Positions 8,885 to 19,687 of a stretch of DNA of 64,000 bases are shown here, in pieces (the stretch's first letter is position 1; the number at the start of each line of letters is the position of its first letter). The DNA is from an uncultured delta proteobacterium (GTDB lineage: Bacteria; Desulfobacterota; Desulfomonilia; UBA1062). The stretch is taken from the NCBI GenBank assembly GCA_963798485.1, contig CAWCTR010000008.1, positions 1 to 64,000 on the forward strand, in the 5' to 3' direction. The position numbers and the translations under genes were made by a program. The notes beneath the pieces are model-generated. The model worked only from the letters and a program-made list of their open reading frames with translations. It was not told where the DNA came from and searched no databases.

Positions 8885-11319
8885 AATCACTCATTGTTGA
8901 TGTGAACGCAATCCCGGTGCTGCCGGAGATTGCCGATGCCGTGATCAGGATGGCCCTTGATGAAGAGGTCCCCGCAGCGAAAATGGCGCGCCTCATTGAG
9001 AAAGACCAGGCCTTGACGGCACGAATCCTCTCCATGGCAAACTCAAGCTTCTACAAGAGGTCGCGCCAGATCTATACCGTAAAGGATTCAATAGTGACCC
9101 TCGGTTCAGAGGCTGTCCGGTCGTTGGCACTGGGCTTGTGCATACTCAACATGTTTCCGGGAAAAAAGAATTCCGCCATTGATAGCAAGGAATTCTGGAG
9201 ACACTGCATGGGCTGCGCCATATATGCCGAGGCCATGATGGAGAAGATCTCTCCCGGGCTGGGCGGGAAGGCATTCTGTACAGGGCTTCTCCATGATATC
9301 GGCAAGCTGGTCCTGGACCTTACGAACCATGAAGAATACGCCACTGTCATTGAACAGGCACGCGAGGGAACCAGGCCTTTGGATGAGATCGAAAAGGAGA
9401 TACTAGGCGTCACCCATGCGGATGTGGGCCATGATGTGCTTGCCCACTGGAAATTGCCCAGTCTCTATGAAGAGTCCATTTGGTGCCATCATGCCCCTGT
9501 GCAGGTCATCGACGATGAACAGTATAAAATATCCGGCATTGTAAATATTGCCGATACCTTAACCCACATGACCTGCATCGGCTCTTCGGGCAACCGCTAT
9601 CCCCGGCAGGTAACGCCGGCGCTCCTCAAAAAGTTTTCTCTGAATACCGATGTCTTGAACGGCCTCATGGAGAGTGTCCCGAAACAGATCGATATCATCT
9701 GTGACGAGATCGGGATCGGCAAACCCACTGAAGGCCTTTTTAGCCTGGTGAACCGTGCCAGTATGCGCCTTTCCGAGATCTCTATAAAGCTCCAGCATGA
9801 AAGTGTGCAATCGAACCTTGCTAGGAAACGCTCCGACATCCTGCTGCAGCTATTAAAAGAACTGAACAATACATCGAAGATATCCGACGCCCTTGCACGG
9901 GCGTCAGAGACACTGTTCCAGGCAGGCCTCATCAAGGGGTTCATCGGGGGCTTCAAATATGGAGAGCATAACCTGGTTTTCGAGCACAGACAGGATTGTC
10001 CCCCGCGATTTATCAAGGTGGGAGATGCCGAGGTCAAAACCATGGTGCTCGATGGCGGTTACACCGCAGGTATGAGTCTCCCCTGGGGTGTGTTCGTCCA
10101 TATGGATATCAGCGACCCTGAGATTGGTGACGACCAGGAATTCATCTCGTCTCTGGTCGGTTCAATTGCCTCTTCCCTGCGGCGGATCCATGCCGAGACA
10201 GCGCTTCAACAGGAAAAAACCCTGCTCAGGCAGGCCTTAAAGGCCACATCACACGAGAAACAGAAGTCCGAGGACCTGGCGCACTTAAACAGGGAACTCA
10301 TGGACTCTTCCACCTTTGGTCTGTGCCTTGTTGATGAGAATAACCAGGTCCGTATTGAAAATGCCATGTCATCAGAGCTGCGTGGTCTCTTGGGAATAAC
10401 GGATAAAGATATCCTCAGTGCCCTTGATGCATCCAATGGGGCCGGCTCTGCACTGCTCAAGGAAGCCCTTGTTTCAAGGACCCCCAAAGAGGTGACCTGG
10501 AACACTTTAGGCCGGTCTTTTAGGATAACCATACGGCCTATTCCGGTGAATAACTGGGCCCTTCTGGCCTTATGGGACATCACGGGCGAGCTTGAAGAGC
10601 AGAAGCACACCCTTGCCTTTGCCAAGATGTCCGTTGTAGGCTCTCTGGCCGCATCCATGGCGCATAACATGAAGAGTCCGCTGGGCGCCATACATGGATT
10701 CACCAGCATCATCCGCGATGACTTAAAGCACGAAAAGATCAGGGTGCTCAGGAACAATGAAGAAGACCAGGACCTTCCCGATATGTTGAGCAATATCAGC
10801 ACCGCATCCGAGAATCTCCTTAAGATAGTAAACCAGCTCCTCAACTTTACCAGGAAATGGGAAAGCCCGGAAGGTGAGGTGGGGCTCGAAGGGTTCGTTG
10901 AGGGGATATTCCAGCTCATCGGTGCACAGGCTAATGCCGCCGGGGTGACGCTTGTCAGAGAAATCGAGCCTATACTGGTCCGTATGAAGGCTGAGGCCAT
11001 TGAACAGGTTATCATCAACATAATGATAAATGCCATCAATGCATCTTCAAGGGGCTCTCAAATACTGGTTAAGGCACATCGGGAAGATGATTGCGTAGCG
11101 TTTAGTGTGATCGATTATGGTATCGGGATGAACAACGATCAGATAAAGAAGATATACGAACCCCTCTATACGGCATGGCCCCTGAAAACAGGTATGGGGC
11201 TCGGCCTGTCGCTGGCAAAAGAGATTGTCGAATCCTTAGGGGGTAAGATACAGGTGAGCTCGAAGCTTGCAGAAGGCTCCACTTTCACGGTATGGATTCC
11301 GGAAGGTAAGGGGTACTAA
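8881..11319 (+). CDS. HDOD-domain histidine kinase
   Basis: HDOD (DQALTARILSMANS, GLLHDIGK); H-box SMAHNMKSP; HATPase DYGIGM, GMGLGL. Confidence 0.88.
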   Translation: MKSLIVDVNAIPVLPEIADAVIRMALDEEVPAAKMARLIEKDQALTARILSMANSSFYKRSRQIYTVKDSIVTLGSEAVRSLALGLCILNMFPGKKNSAIDSKEFWRHCMGCAIYAEAMMEKISPGLGGKAFCTGLLHDIGKLVLDLTNHEEYATVIEQAREGTRPLDEIEKEILGVTHADVGHDVLAHWKLPSLYEESIWCHHAPVQVIDDEQYKISGIVNIADTLTHMTCIGSSGNRYPRQVTPALLKKFSLNTDVLNGLMESVPKQIDIICDEIGIGKPTEGLFSLVNRASMRLSEISIKLQHESVQSNLARKRSDILLQLLKELNNTSKISDALARASETLFQAGLIKGFIGGFKYGEHNLVFEHRQDCPPRFIKVGDAEVKTMVLDGGYTAGMSLPWGVFVHMDISDPEIGDDQEFISSLVGSIASSLRRIHAETALQQEKTLLRQALKATSHEKQKSEDLAHLNRELMDSSTFGLCLVDENNQVRIENAMSSELRGLLGITDKDILSALDASNGAGSALLKEALVSRTPKEVTWNTLGRSFRITIRPIPVNNWALLALWDITGELEEQKHTLAFAKMSVVGSLAASMAHNMKSPLGAIHGFTSIIRDDLKHEKIRVLRNNEEDQDLPDMLSNISTASENLLKIVNQLLNFTRKWESPEGEVGLEGFVEGIFQLIGAQANAAGVTLVREIEPILVRMKAEAIEQVIINIMINAINASSRGSQILVKAHREDDCVAFSVIDYGIGMNNDQIKKIYEPLYTAWPLKTGMGLGLSLAKEIVESLGGKIQVSSKLAEGSTFTVWIPEGKGY

Positions 11320-13709
11320 TGGAACATAAGATATTAATTGTCGAAGACGATCTTGTTTTCAGGAACTACCTTTACCAGGTCCTCAAATACGACTATGACG
11401 TAACCGCAGCACCAGGGCCGTTGGAGGCCATTGAGGCCATTAAGCAGAGCCCCTACAGCCTTATGATTACGGACCTCAGGATGCCCGATATGGAGGGAAG
11501 GGCATTGGTGGAAAAGGTGCATGGCGAGCTCGATGCATCGATGATGGTAATCGTGATCACAGCCTATGAAGACGACTGGCCCATGGATGTCGCCATGAGC
11601 TCGAACATATTCAGGTACCTTCGCAAAGGGGCCTTTATGCCGAGCGAGCTTAAACAGAATGTGGAAAAGGCCCTTGAGGTGAGGGAATCTATCGTCAGCC
11701 TCAATGAATACAAACGGAGGGCCGACATTTCGGATACCTCTCAGGAAGACACGGCTGCATTAACCGAACTGCACAAACTGATCGAGGAAAGAACCCACAC
11801 CATCCATATCCTGGAAAGCAGGCTTTCCAAGCTTACCGAGCATGCAAAGGACATGATCGTATTGCTCGATGGCTCTTGCAGGTGCGAATATATCAACGCC
11901 GAGGCGGGCAGGATGCTGGGAGGCTCTTTTGTAGCGCCGGTCGGCAAACAATTCCCATGGACGGAAATCATCCATCCGGAAGATCAGCCTCTTATCGAAA
12001 AGATCAAGACCCTTACCAAAGAAAAGGTGTACCGCGATGAGGGTGAGGTGAGGGTTTATTCCGGCAGCAGGTCCATGCTCTATCTATCTTACCGGATCTT
12101 CATGGAATATAACGATGACAACAGACTTTTGGGCATGGGCATTGTGGCAGAGGACATTACCCAGCAGAAGGTGGCCGAGCAGGCGCTTAAAAACGCAAAC
12201 TGCAAGATCTATGAGTTCAATGAACGACTTACTAATGGAGTCTCTCAGAAGATCAAGGCGCTGCGAGAGTCGGAGGAGCGCTACAAGAATATTGTTGAGG
12301 ACTCGAGCGATATTATCTTCTCACTCGATGGCGAGGCAAGGATCCTCTACATGAACAGGAAGGGTCTCCAGACATTGGGGATGAGCATTGAGGCTTTCTC
12401 AGGCATTCATTGCAGCTCTTTCATTGCGGATGAGGCATCCGAGAAGAAGCTTCGTGAGATCATCGACATGATGGGAGGCAGCGATTACCACGAACCCTTT
12501 GATCTTGCCATCGACACACCGGCAGGCCGCAAGATATACCGGGCCGATCTGGTGAAGATCGGTGATAAAAACAAGCCCGAGATAGTGTGCGTGGCTAAAG
12601 ACATAAGCGGAGATATCGTAAAGAAAAAGCGGCTCCAGCTTCTTGCCGATATCGAGCATTACAGCGCGGATGCCATAATCGGTCTTGATGGTAATGGCGG
12701 GATCATATCATGGAACCAGGGAGCGCACATAATATTCGGCTGGATGGAAGAGGAGGCGCTCGGCAGGGATCTCCTCATCATGGTGCCTGAAGACGGGGTC
12801 AAAGAGGCCGAGGCCATGCTCCATGAGGTCAGATCCAAGGGCCTTGTCAAGGATCATGAGACCAGGTTGAGGACAAAAAATGGCCTTGTCCTGGACGTGA
12901 CGCTCACCATGACCGCCCTGCGTGATGAGTTAGGAGAGATCACCGGGTTCTCGGCCATCATTATGGACCTTACCGAAAAGAAGAGGATGGAAGCCGCGCT
13001 CATTCAGACCGAGCGGCTTGCAGCCATGGGCAAGCTCTCGGCAAGCATCGCCCATGAGATCAATAACCCGCTTTATGGCATAAGGAGTTGTCTGAATCAT
13101 GTCTTGAATGCGGATAGAGGGAACATTGATCAGCAGTTTGTCAGGCTTGCCATCAAGGAAACCGACCGGATCGCAGACCTGATCCGTAATATGAAGACCT
13201 TCTACCAGCCGAACGATGGCAAGGTGCAAAGCGTGGACATCCATGAGGTGCTCCGCGAGGTATTCATCCTCAACAGGAAATACCTTGAAGAAAATATGGT
13301 TAAACTGGTCTTTAATCCGACCGGCTCATTCCATATTGAATGCATGCCTGAGCAGATCAAGCAGGTCTTTATCAACATCGTTACCAATGCGGCAGAGGCC
13401 ATGCCCGATGGCGGCGAGTTGAGTGTGGAAACACACCAGTTGGAAGAAAGCCGGGAGATCATGGTCAATTTCCGCGATAACGGTGTGGGAATTGCCCGGG
13501 ATGACCTGCCTTTGATCTTTGACATGTTCTATTCAAAGAAGCCCATGGTCAAAGGGGTAGGGCTCGGGCTCTCGGTGAGTTATGGTATTGTCAAGCGCCA
13601 TGGCGGAACAATGAATGTAACCAGCGAAGAAGGTAAATGCACCACAGTAACCGTGACGTTGCCCGTGAAACCACCTATCGCACGCCAGATGCAGCTTGAC
13701 CTGAAATAA
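11319..13709 (+). CDS. REC-PAS-PAS-PAS histidine kinase
   Basis: ILIVEDD..TDLRMP; three PAS/PAC segments; AHEINNPL; DNGVGI, GVGLGL. Confidence 0.9.
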   Translation: MEHKILIVEDDLVFRNYLYQVLKYDYDVTAAPGPLEAIEAIKQSPYSLMITDLRMPDMEGRALVEKVHGELDASMMVIVITAYEDDWPMDVAMSSNIFRYLRKGAFMPSELKQNVEKALEVRESIVSLNEYKRRADISDTSQEDTAALTELHKLIEERTHTIHILESRLSKLTEHAKDMIVLLDGSCRCEYINAEAGRMLGGSFVAPVGKQFPWTEIIHPEDQPLIEKIKTLTKEKVYRDEGEVRVYSGSRSMLYLSYRIFMEYNDDNRLLGMGIVAEDITQQKVAEQALKNANCKIYEFNERLTNGVSQKIKALRESEERYKNIVEDSSDIIFSLDGEARILYMNRKGLQTLGMSIEAFSGIHCSSFIADEASEKKLREIIDMMGGSDYHEPFDLAIDTPAGRKIYRADLVKIGDKNKPEIVCVAKDISGDIVKKKRLQLLADIEHYSADAIIGLDGNGGIISWNQGAHIIFGWMEEEALGRDLLIMVPEDGVKEAEAMLHEVRSKGLVKDHETRLRTKNGLVLDVTLTMTALRDELGEITGFSAIIMDLTEKKRMEAALIQTERLAAMGKLSASIAHEINNPLYGIRSCLNHVLNADRGNIDQQFVRLAIKETDRIADLIRNMKTFYQPNDGKVQSVDIHEVLREVFILNRKYLEENMVKLVFNPTGSFHIECMPEQIKQVFINIVTNAAEAMPDGGELSVETHQLEESREIMVNFRDNGVGIARDDLPLIFDMFYSKKPMVKGVGLGLSVSYGIVKRHGGTMNVTSEEGKCTTVTVTLPVKPPIARQMQLDLK

Positions 13710-13710
13710 C

Positions 13711-14592
13711 ATGAATCCAGGCTTTTTTTCGGGGTATGTCGCCATTGTCGGAAGGCCAAATGTCGGTAAATCCACATTTCTGAACCGGATCATGGAGACC
13801 AAGCTTTCAATAACCACGAATAAGCCACAGACAACCCGTGACCGCATTTTAGGGATATGGAACGCACCGGATGCCCAGATAATATTTCTGGATACACCGG
13901 GCATCCACCTCTCGGATAAGGCGCTGAACCGCTATATGCTTGACAAGGCCGTGGCTACCATCTCGGATGCAGACCTTGTGCTTGTCGTGGCAGACCACCT
14001 GGATACCTTAGAGAAGCTCGCAGAGGTGGTTAACTTTATTGCCCAAGCAGGTAAGGAGGCAATACTGGCGATCAACAAGGCCGATCTGTTGAGTGAGGCT
14101 GCAATTGCCGTAAAACTGAAGGAATTGGAGAAGGTATACCCATTTTGCTTTACGTGCTGCATCTCGTCGACCATTGGGACAGGTATTGAAACACTTTTAC
14201 ATGAGATAAAGAAACGTCTCCCTGAAGGCCCCCAGTACTTTCCCGACGATATGATCACCGATGCACCCGAGCGTTTTTTCTGCAAAGAGCTCATCAGGGA
14301 GAAGGTCTTCGAGCTCACACAGAAGGAATTACCGTATGCAGTGGCGGTTGAGATCGAGGAGTTCCGGGAGGCAGAGCCCATATTCATCCGCGCCGTCATC
14401 CATGTGGAGCGGCAGTCTCAAAAAGCGATCATAATCGGGTCAAATGGAAAGAAGCTCAAGGAGATCGGCACTCGCTCAAGGCTGGAAATCGAGAAGCATT
14501 TAGGGTGCAGGGTCTTTCTCGAACTCTTTGTACGGGTCACCAAGGACTGGTCAAAAGACCCCAGGAGTTTGAAAGAACTGGGATATCGATAA
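13711..14592 (+). CDS. era: GTPase Era
   Basis: GRPNVGKST, QTTR, DTPG, NKAD, KH domain. Confidence 0.97.
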   Translation: MNPGFFSGYVAIVGRPNVGKSTFLNRIMETKLSITTNKPQTTRDRILGIWNAPDAQIIFLDTPGIHLSDKALNRYMLDKAVATISDADLVLVVADHLDTLEKLAEVVNFIAQAGKEAILAINKADLLSEAAIAVKLKELEKVYPFCFTCCISSTIGTGIETLLHEIKKRLPEGPQYFPDDMITDAPERFFCKELIREKVFELTQKELPYAVAVEIEEFREAEPIFIRAVIHVERQSQKAIIIGSNGKKLKEIGTRSRLEIEKHLGCRVFLELFVRVTKDWSKDPRSLKELGYR

Positions 14593-15902
14593 TGCCGGTT
14601 GTCGCCATCGTAGGCAGGCCCAATGCGGGCAAATCAACACTGTTCAACCTCCTCATCGGGGAGCGCCGGGCCATTGTCGGTCCGCAGCGCGGCATTACCC
14701 GGGACAGGATATACGGTAGGTGGACCATAGGCGAGGCCTTAGAGGTGGACCTGGTGGATACGGGCGGGTTCGACACCATAGGCGACATGCCGTTTGCGCA
14801 GTCCGTACGTGACCAGACCGTCCTTGCCATTGAAGATGCCGACCTGATCCTATGTCTTTTTGATGCAAAGTCACCGCCCACACCCGATGACAATGAGCTG
14901 GTGAATCTCCTGCGGAGGACAGGCGCGGAGGTGATATTCATTGCAAACAAGGTCGATGATCCATCTTTCAGACACTCTGCTACTGCCCTGTGCGAGCTGG
15001 GTATTGATGAGCCTATCGAGATCTCTGCGCTCAACAAAGCGAGCATCCTTACGTTGAAGGAAGCCGTAAGTGAGCGCCTGTCACCGAACGAAATCATATC
15101 GGTAGAGAATCAGACGGATGCGGTACGGGTGAGCATCCTGGGTAGGCCCAATGTGGGTAAATCACTCCTCTTGAACAAGATCATCGGAGAGAACAGGGCC
15201 ATTGTATCACCGGTGGCCGGCACAACCCGGGATTATGTTGATATCGCCGTAGAGCGCTTCAATAAGAAATATATCTTTGTAGATACGGCGGGCATCCGGA
15301 GAAAGGCCCGCATCGATGATGAAATCGAACGGTTCAGTGTCATGCGCTCGCTGCAGAACATAAACCTGTCACATATATGCCTGATGCTCGTGGACCCCCA
15401 GGAAGGGCTCACCGACCAGGACAAGCGGTTGTGCGGACTCATCATGGAGCACGGCAGGGCCTTTGTGCTGGTGGTGAACAAGTGCGACTTGATGAGTGAT
15501 GTCGAGTTGAAAAATGTCAGAGAGAATATCAGGCATTCACTCAGGTTCATGCCCGATGCCCACCTGGCTTTCACCTCGGCCCTGACCGGCAAGAACGTGG
15601 ATAGCCTTTATCCCCTCATCGACGAGCTGTTCATAAAGACCACGTCACGCGTTTCCACCGGCATACTCAACCGCCTCATGGCCGACATTGCAGATTCCCA
15701 CACCCCGCCCATGATCAGACACAGGCCGTTGAAACTCTATTACATCACCCAGACAAGCATTGTACCACCGCACTTTCAGGTCGTGGTGAACTACCCGAAA
15801 GACGTCCCCGCAACCTATTCGCGCTTCCTGACCCACTCTGTTAAAAAGGCATGCGGCATGGAGGGGATCCCTATCATTCTTTCATTTATGGGAAAGAAAT
15901 AG
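14592..15902 (+). CDS. der: Ribosome biogenesis GTPase Der
   Basis: Two G domains: GRPNAGKS/DTGG and GRPNVGKS/DTAG. Confidence 0.97.
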   Translation: MPVVAIVGRPNAGKSTLFNLLIGERRAIVGPQRGITRDRIYGRWTIGEALEVDLVDTGGFDTIGDMPFAQSVRDQTVLAIEDADLILCLFDAKSPPTPDDNELVNLLRRTGAEVIFIANKVDDPSFRHSATALCELGIDEPIEISALNKASILTLKEAVSERLSPNEIISVENQTDAVRVSILGRPNVGKSLLLNKIIGENRAIVSPVAGTTRDYVDIAVERFNKKYIFVDTAGIRRKARIDDEIERFSVMRSLQNINLSHICLMLVDPQEGLTDQDKRLCGLIMEHGRAFVLVVNKCDLMSDVELKNVRENIRHSLRFMPDAHLAFTSALTGKNVDSLYPLIDELFIKTTSRVSTGILNRLMADIADSHTPPMIRHRPLKLYYITQTSIVPPHFQVVVNYPKDVPATYSRFLTHSVKKACGMEGIPIILSFMGKK

Positions 15903-15949
15903 ACAACGAAAGTTTCACTCAGGAATGAGAAGTTTTATTAAGGATACTA

Positions 15950-16110
15950 TGGACCTCAATGGCACCGCCAATAACCGCTTCGAGAGTTCAAAAGAATTTG
16001 ATCCTTCGTAGTGAGAAGAGAATTACTTCACAGGGAAGAATATAAAACTTGTGAAGGTACTTGCTTGGGCAAAAGCATGGATTATTCTATTATACATTAC
16101 AATCGCTTGT
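15950..16110 (+). pseudogene. Degenerate IS3-like transposase C-terminal remnant
   Basis: NNRFESS..RRELLHREEYKT..DYSIIHYNR resembles the DNAxxESF..KRE..Y.T..YI..YN.R tail. Confidence 0.35.
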
Positions 16111-16138
16111 CCGTGTTTTGAAAGGAGAGGTTCATAAT

Positions 16139-16534
16139 ATGAGAATTCTTTTTCCCCTTCATATCATCTTCATGGCCACAACGCTCATCATTGTCATCTC
16201 TGCCGCTACAATCGCCCACAGGAAGAAACAGGGCTGGTTCATGCTGCACCGCAAGGTGGCACTTACAGGGGTGGTGACGGCCCTTGTTGGTTTTGCTGCA
16301 GAGTTCCTCTTTAAGGCCCTCTTGCACTACCCGCATTTTCAATCGCCCCATGCCATCGGAGGATTGATCACTTTGGCCTTGCTGATCATTACCCTGGCAA
16401 CCGGTGTGTTGATTGCAAAGAACCCTAAAAGACTCAGGCCGATCCACATAACCCTGGGGAGGATCACCTCTGTCGCCGTCATTTTTACCGCACTCATGGG
16501 GATAGTGCGCTTTATCGAGCTCTCCAAGAAGTAG
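16139..16534 (+). CDS. 4-TM membrane protein with His residues (cytochrome b561-like)
   Basis: Four hydrophobic helices, each with a His: PLHI, LHRK, SPHA, PIHI. Confidence 0.6.
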   Translation: MRILFPLHIIFMATTLIIVISAATIAHRKKQGWFMLHRKVALTGVVTALVGFAAEFLFKALLHYPHFQSPHAIGGLITLALLIITLATGVLIAKNPKRLRPIHITLGRITSVAVIFTALMGIVRFIELSKK

Positions 16535-16700
16535 TCCCTTTCGGCACTAAGATGCAAAAGAAAGGGCGTCAAGAAGAAAACGGGCCAGAGACGAATTAAG
16601 TTAAAGACGTCCGATGCCTGTAGTACGCGCATCCGTTGTCACGGGTGCTTCAAGTTCTTTACATAACACAGCCCAGTTATCGTCCGGCTGTAATATATTC

Positions 16701-17417
16701 TTAATCGGAGTCCATCTCTTGTGCGATCATTTGCACGGCCTGGACAGGGTCCGGGGCATCACTGATGGGCCTGCCGATCACCAGGAGATTCGCCCCCGAG
16801 CGTATTGCAGCCTGCGGTGTGGCAATACGCTTCTGGTCTCCTTTCTGTGACCAGCTCGGTCTGATACCGGGGGTGATGAGTATGAGGGTTTCAGGGACCT
16901 TCGAACGGATCCGGGCGAGATCCTCTGCGGAGCAAACAAGGCCATCGGCCTTGCAGGAAGCGGCAAACTGTGCAAGGTGTGCAACGTGCTCGGATGGTGT
17001 CTTGTCTATCCCGATCTCTTTGAGATCTTCTTTGCTTAATGAGGTGAGGACGCTTACCCCCACGATCCTTGGTCTGTCGATACCAAGGATCTGGGATTCT
17101 TCCTGTGCTGCCGTCAGGGCCGCATTGATCATGGCCCTGCCGCCCGAGAGATGGATCGTCATCATGTCTGCACCGGTTTTTACTGCCGACTTGACCGCAC
17201 CGGCAACGGTGTTCGGTATGTCATGGAGCTTGAGGTCGAGGAAGCACTTGATGTCGGTATCTTTCACAAGCTTCACCACATCAGGTCCGACAGCAGTAAA
17301 AAGCTCGAGCCCCACCTTGAACCAGCCCACATGCCCTTTCAGGGTGCGGACCCATTGCCGGGCCAAGTCCATAGTGCCGACATCCAGGGCGAAAATTATA
17401 CGATTGTTCTGATCCAT
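16701..17417 (-). CDS. pyrF: Orotidine-5'-phosphate decarboxylase
   Basis: ALD, KVGLEL, DLKLHDIPNTV, TPGIR. Confidence 0.97.
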   Translation of the reverse strand: MDQNNRIIFALDVGTMDLARQWVRTLKGHVGWFKVGLELFTAVGPDVVKLVKDTDIKCFLDLKLHDIPNTVAGAVKSAVKTGADMMTIHLSGGRAMINAALTAAQEESQILGIDRPRIVGVSVLTSLSKEDLKEIGIDKTPSEHVAHLAQFAASCKADGLVCSAEDLARIRSKVPETLILITPGIRPSWSQKGDQKRIATPQAAIRSGANLLVIGRPISDAPDPVQAVQMIAQEMDSD

Positions 17418-17995
17418 GGCAGCTCTCCGATTACAACCTCTTTAGAGGATTTATATGCCTTCACTATGGAGGAGATGTCATCAATTGCCTTCTCGATGGA
17501 GTCATTTACCACAAGATAGTCATACATGCCCCAATAGGTAAGTTCTTTCCTTGCGTTTTCAAGCCGTAGTTTTATTGCTTGGGGGTCTTCCGTTCCTCGG
17601 CCGCTCAGGCGCTTGGCAAGCTCATCCATGTCGGGAGGGATAATGAATATGAAGCATCCGGGCGACGACTTTTCTTTTGCCTGAATAACGCCTTGGACAT
17701 CTATATCAAAAAGGATATGGAACCCCTCTTGTTCTTTGGATTCGATCCATTGCAAGGATGTACCGTAGAAGTGGTCATGCACACGGGCCCATTCCAGGAA
17801 TGAGCCGGATTGAATCATCTTTTCAAAAGATTCCTTTGAGACAAAGAAATAGTCGACACCGTCCCTCTCGCCTGTCCTTGAGGGACGGGTTGTATAGGAA
17901 ACTGAAAGTACTATACCAGGGTTCTTCTTAAGTATTTCTTTGATAACAGTTGATTTCCCAACGCCGGAAGGACCGGAGATGAAGATCCTCACCAC
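17396..17995 (-). CDS. gmk: Guanylate kinase
   Basis: SGPSGVGKST, TTRPSR, DIDVQG. Confidence 0.97.
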   Translation of the reverse strand: MVRIFISGPSGVGKSTVIKEILKKNPGIVLSVSYTTRPSRTGERDGVDYFFVSKESFEKMIQSGSFLEWARVHDHFYGTSLQWIESKEQEGFHILFDIDVQGVIQAKEKSSPGCFIFIIPPDMDELAKRLSGRGTEDPQAIKLRLENARKELTYWGMYDYLVVNDSIEKAIDDISSIVKAYKSSKEVVIGELPWIRTIV

Positions 17996-18279
17996 TACTC
18001 CTTCAGGGCGATATTCTCTTTCGAACCGCTGCCGTCAGTCAGGCGGTTTGAAATAGTTTCCGCCTGAATGGCACTTAAAATAATATGTGAACTATCGGTA
18101 ATGATGATGGACCTTGTCTTCCTTCCCTGGGTTGCGTCGATTAGTTGGCCTCTCTCCTTGGCCTCCTCTCTGAGGCGCTTCATCGGGGATGATGACGGAT
18201 TAACAATGGCTATGATTCTGGATGCCACGACCCCGTTGTTGAAGCCGATATTCAGTAGTCTGGTGTCAAGTTTGCCCAT
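17995..18279 (-). CDS. RemA/DUF370 family protein
   Basis: [20 protein letters not shown]; in yicC-DUF370-gmk order. Confidence 0.9.
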   Translation of the reverse strand: MGKLDTRLLNIGFNNGVVASRIIAIVNPSSSPMKRLREEAKERGQLIDATQGRKTRSIIITDSSHIILSAIQAETISNRLTDGSGSKENIALKE

Positions 18280-18305
18280 ACCTCTCTCCTTTTCATACAA
18301 TGTAG

Positions 18306-19169
18306 CTATTCAATATTCTGTATCTGTTCTCTGATTTTTTCCATTTCCGTCTTTGCATCGATCACGATACGGCTCAAGGCGTTCATCTGACTTTTGGACC
18401 CGATGGTGTTTATCTCGCGGTTGATCTCCTGAAGGATGAAATCGGTTTGTCTGCCAATAGGTCCTGTCTGATTTACTATCGTCTCCTCAAGTACACGAAT
18501 ATGGCTGTTCAGTCTCACCAATTCTTCGGTGATATCGCATTTATCCGCCAGCAGCGCCACTTCTTGCTCCAGACGACCCGCATCGATCATGTTGGACCTG
18601 TCTGTGAGAAGTGCTGTTAGATTGGCATTCAGCCTATCTCTATATACGTTTGTAATATCTGTTGCAAGTCCTTTCATGCTCTCGGCCAGGCAAAGCAGAT
18701 TCGCTACCCGTGTGTGAATATCTTTTATCAAGGTCTTTCCCTCGTTCTCTCGTGCCCTCAAGAAAACTTCAATGGCTTGACGTACTGCCTGCCGGACTTT
18801 TGGCAACTGATCTTCCATTTGAGGCGAGGCTTCGCCGAAGACACCGGGTATGAGGAGGATATCGCGGAAGGTCACCTCACCTCCAAAGGTCTTTGCCATG
18901 GAACAAAGGTCTTCGAAGTAGAGCTTTGCAAGTTCCCAATTTATAGCCATCTTCTCCTGCATGTCGGTGGTTGTGTCCCTGGTGAGAGTCACATCGACCT
19001 TTCCCCTGTTTACCTGCTCGGAAATCATGTCCCGTACAGGTATTTCAAAGGCTGACAGGTCGCGGGGCATCTTCACCCGTATGTCTTTATACCGGTGATT
19101 GACCCCCTTGATCTCCACATGATAACCATGGACATCGGCCTGGCCGAACCCGGTCATGCTTGATGGCAT
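18306..19169 (-). CDS. yicC: YicC/YloC endoribonuclease
   Basis: [40 protein letters not shown]. Confidence 0.93.
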   Translation of the reverse strand: MPSSMTGFGQADVHGYHVEIKGVNHRYKDIRVKMPRDLSAFEIPVRDMISEQVNRGKVDVTLTRDTTTDMQEKMAINWELAKLYFEDLCSMAKTFGGEVTFRDILLIPGVFGEASPQMEDQLPKVRQAVRQAIEVFLRARENEGKTLIKDIHTRVANLLCLAESMKGLATDITNVYRDRLNANLTALLTDRSNMIDAGRLEQEVALLADKCDITEELVRLNSHIRVLEETIVNQTGPIGRQTDFILQEINREINTIGSKSQMNALSRIVIDAKTEMEKIREQIQNIE

Positions 19170-19687
19170 CTCAGCCTCCTCTTGTATTGTTCCCTTATCC
19201 CGTTGAAGAAATCTATGAGCTCATTCGATCCATAATCAGGGTAGGTCCATTCCAATTTTTGATAAGACTCTCCCTTGTAAATCAGCGTGATCTCGGCCCA
19301 TATGCCCTTACTTAGATAGATACGATGGGTGTAGGGTTTGGTTGTGGCAAGGCAAATATTCTCCAGGGTGATAAGCCCCGGGTCGATATTGATCCTTCTC
19401 TTCCCGTGTTCGAGAAAATTGTTTTCTATAGTATTCGCTTCGGTTTTTATCCCGGATATAGAGTCCCTCTCTACGGGCTCTGAGAATACGAGGATAAGCC
19501 GATAGAGCGGAGATCCCATTTCGCGGCAGTAATAGTCCGTGTAGTCAAACACCTTTGCGTCGGTAGTCATGTAAGGCTGTCCGAACTTTTCAACCAGCAT
19601 TGAAATTGCTTGATCCACAGGCGCCTTCTCGTTATAGATCATGCTGCAAAAGAGCATGACCTTTTCGGGATAAGACACCTTACCCAC
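19154..19687 (-). CDS. DUF4416 family protein
   Basis: YTDYYCREMG, RRINIDPG, HRIYL, WTYPDY. Confidence 0.8.
   Translation of the reverse strand: MGKVSYPEKVMLFCSMIYNEKAPVDQAISMLVEKFGQPYMTTDAKVFDYTDYYCREMGSPLYRLILVFSEPVERDSISGIKTEANTIENNFLEHGKRRINIDPGLITLENICLATTKPYTHRIYLSKGIWAEITLIYKGESYQKLEWTYPDYGSNELIDFFNGIREQYKRRLRCHQA

Noticed and set aside
10206-11039. Long antisense ORFs (also 16765-17412, 22062-23024, 61093-61938)
   Set aside because: Shadows of well-supported genes on the opposite strand
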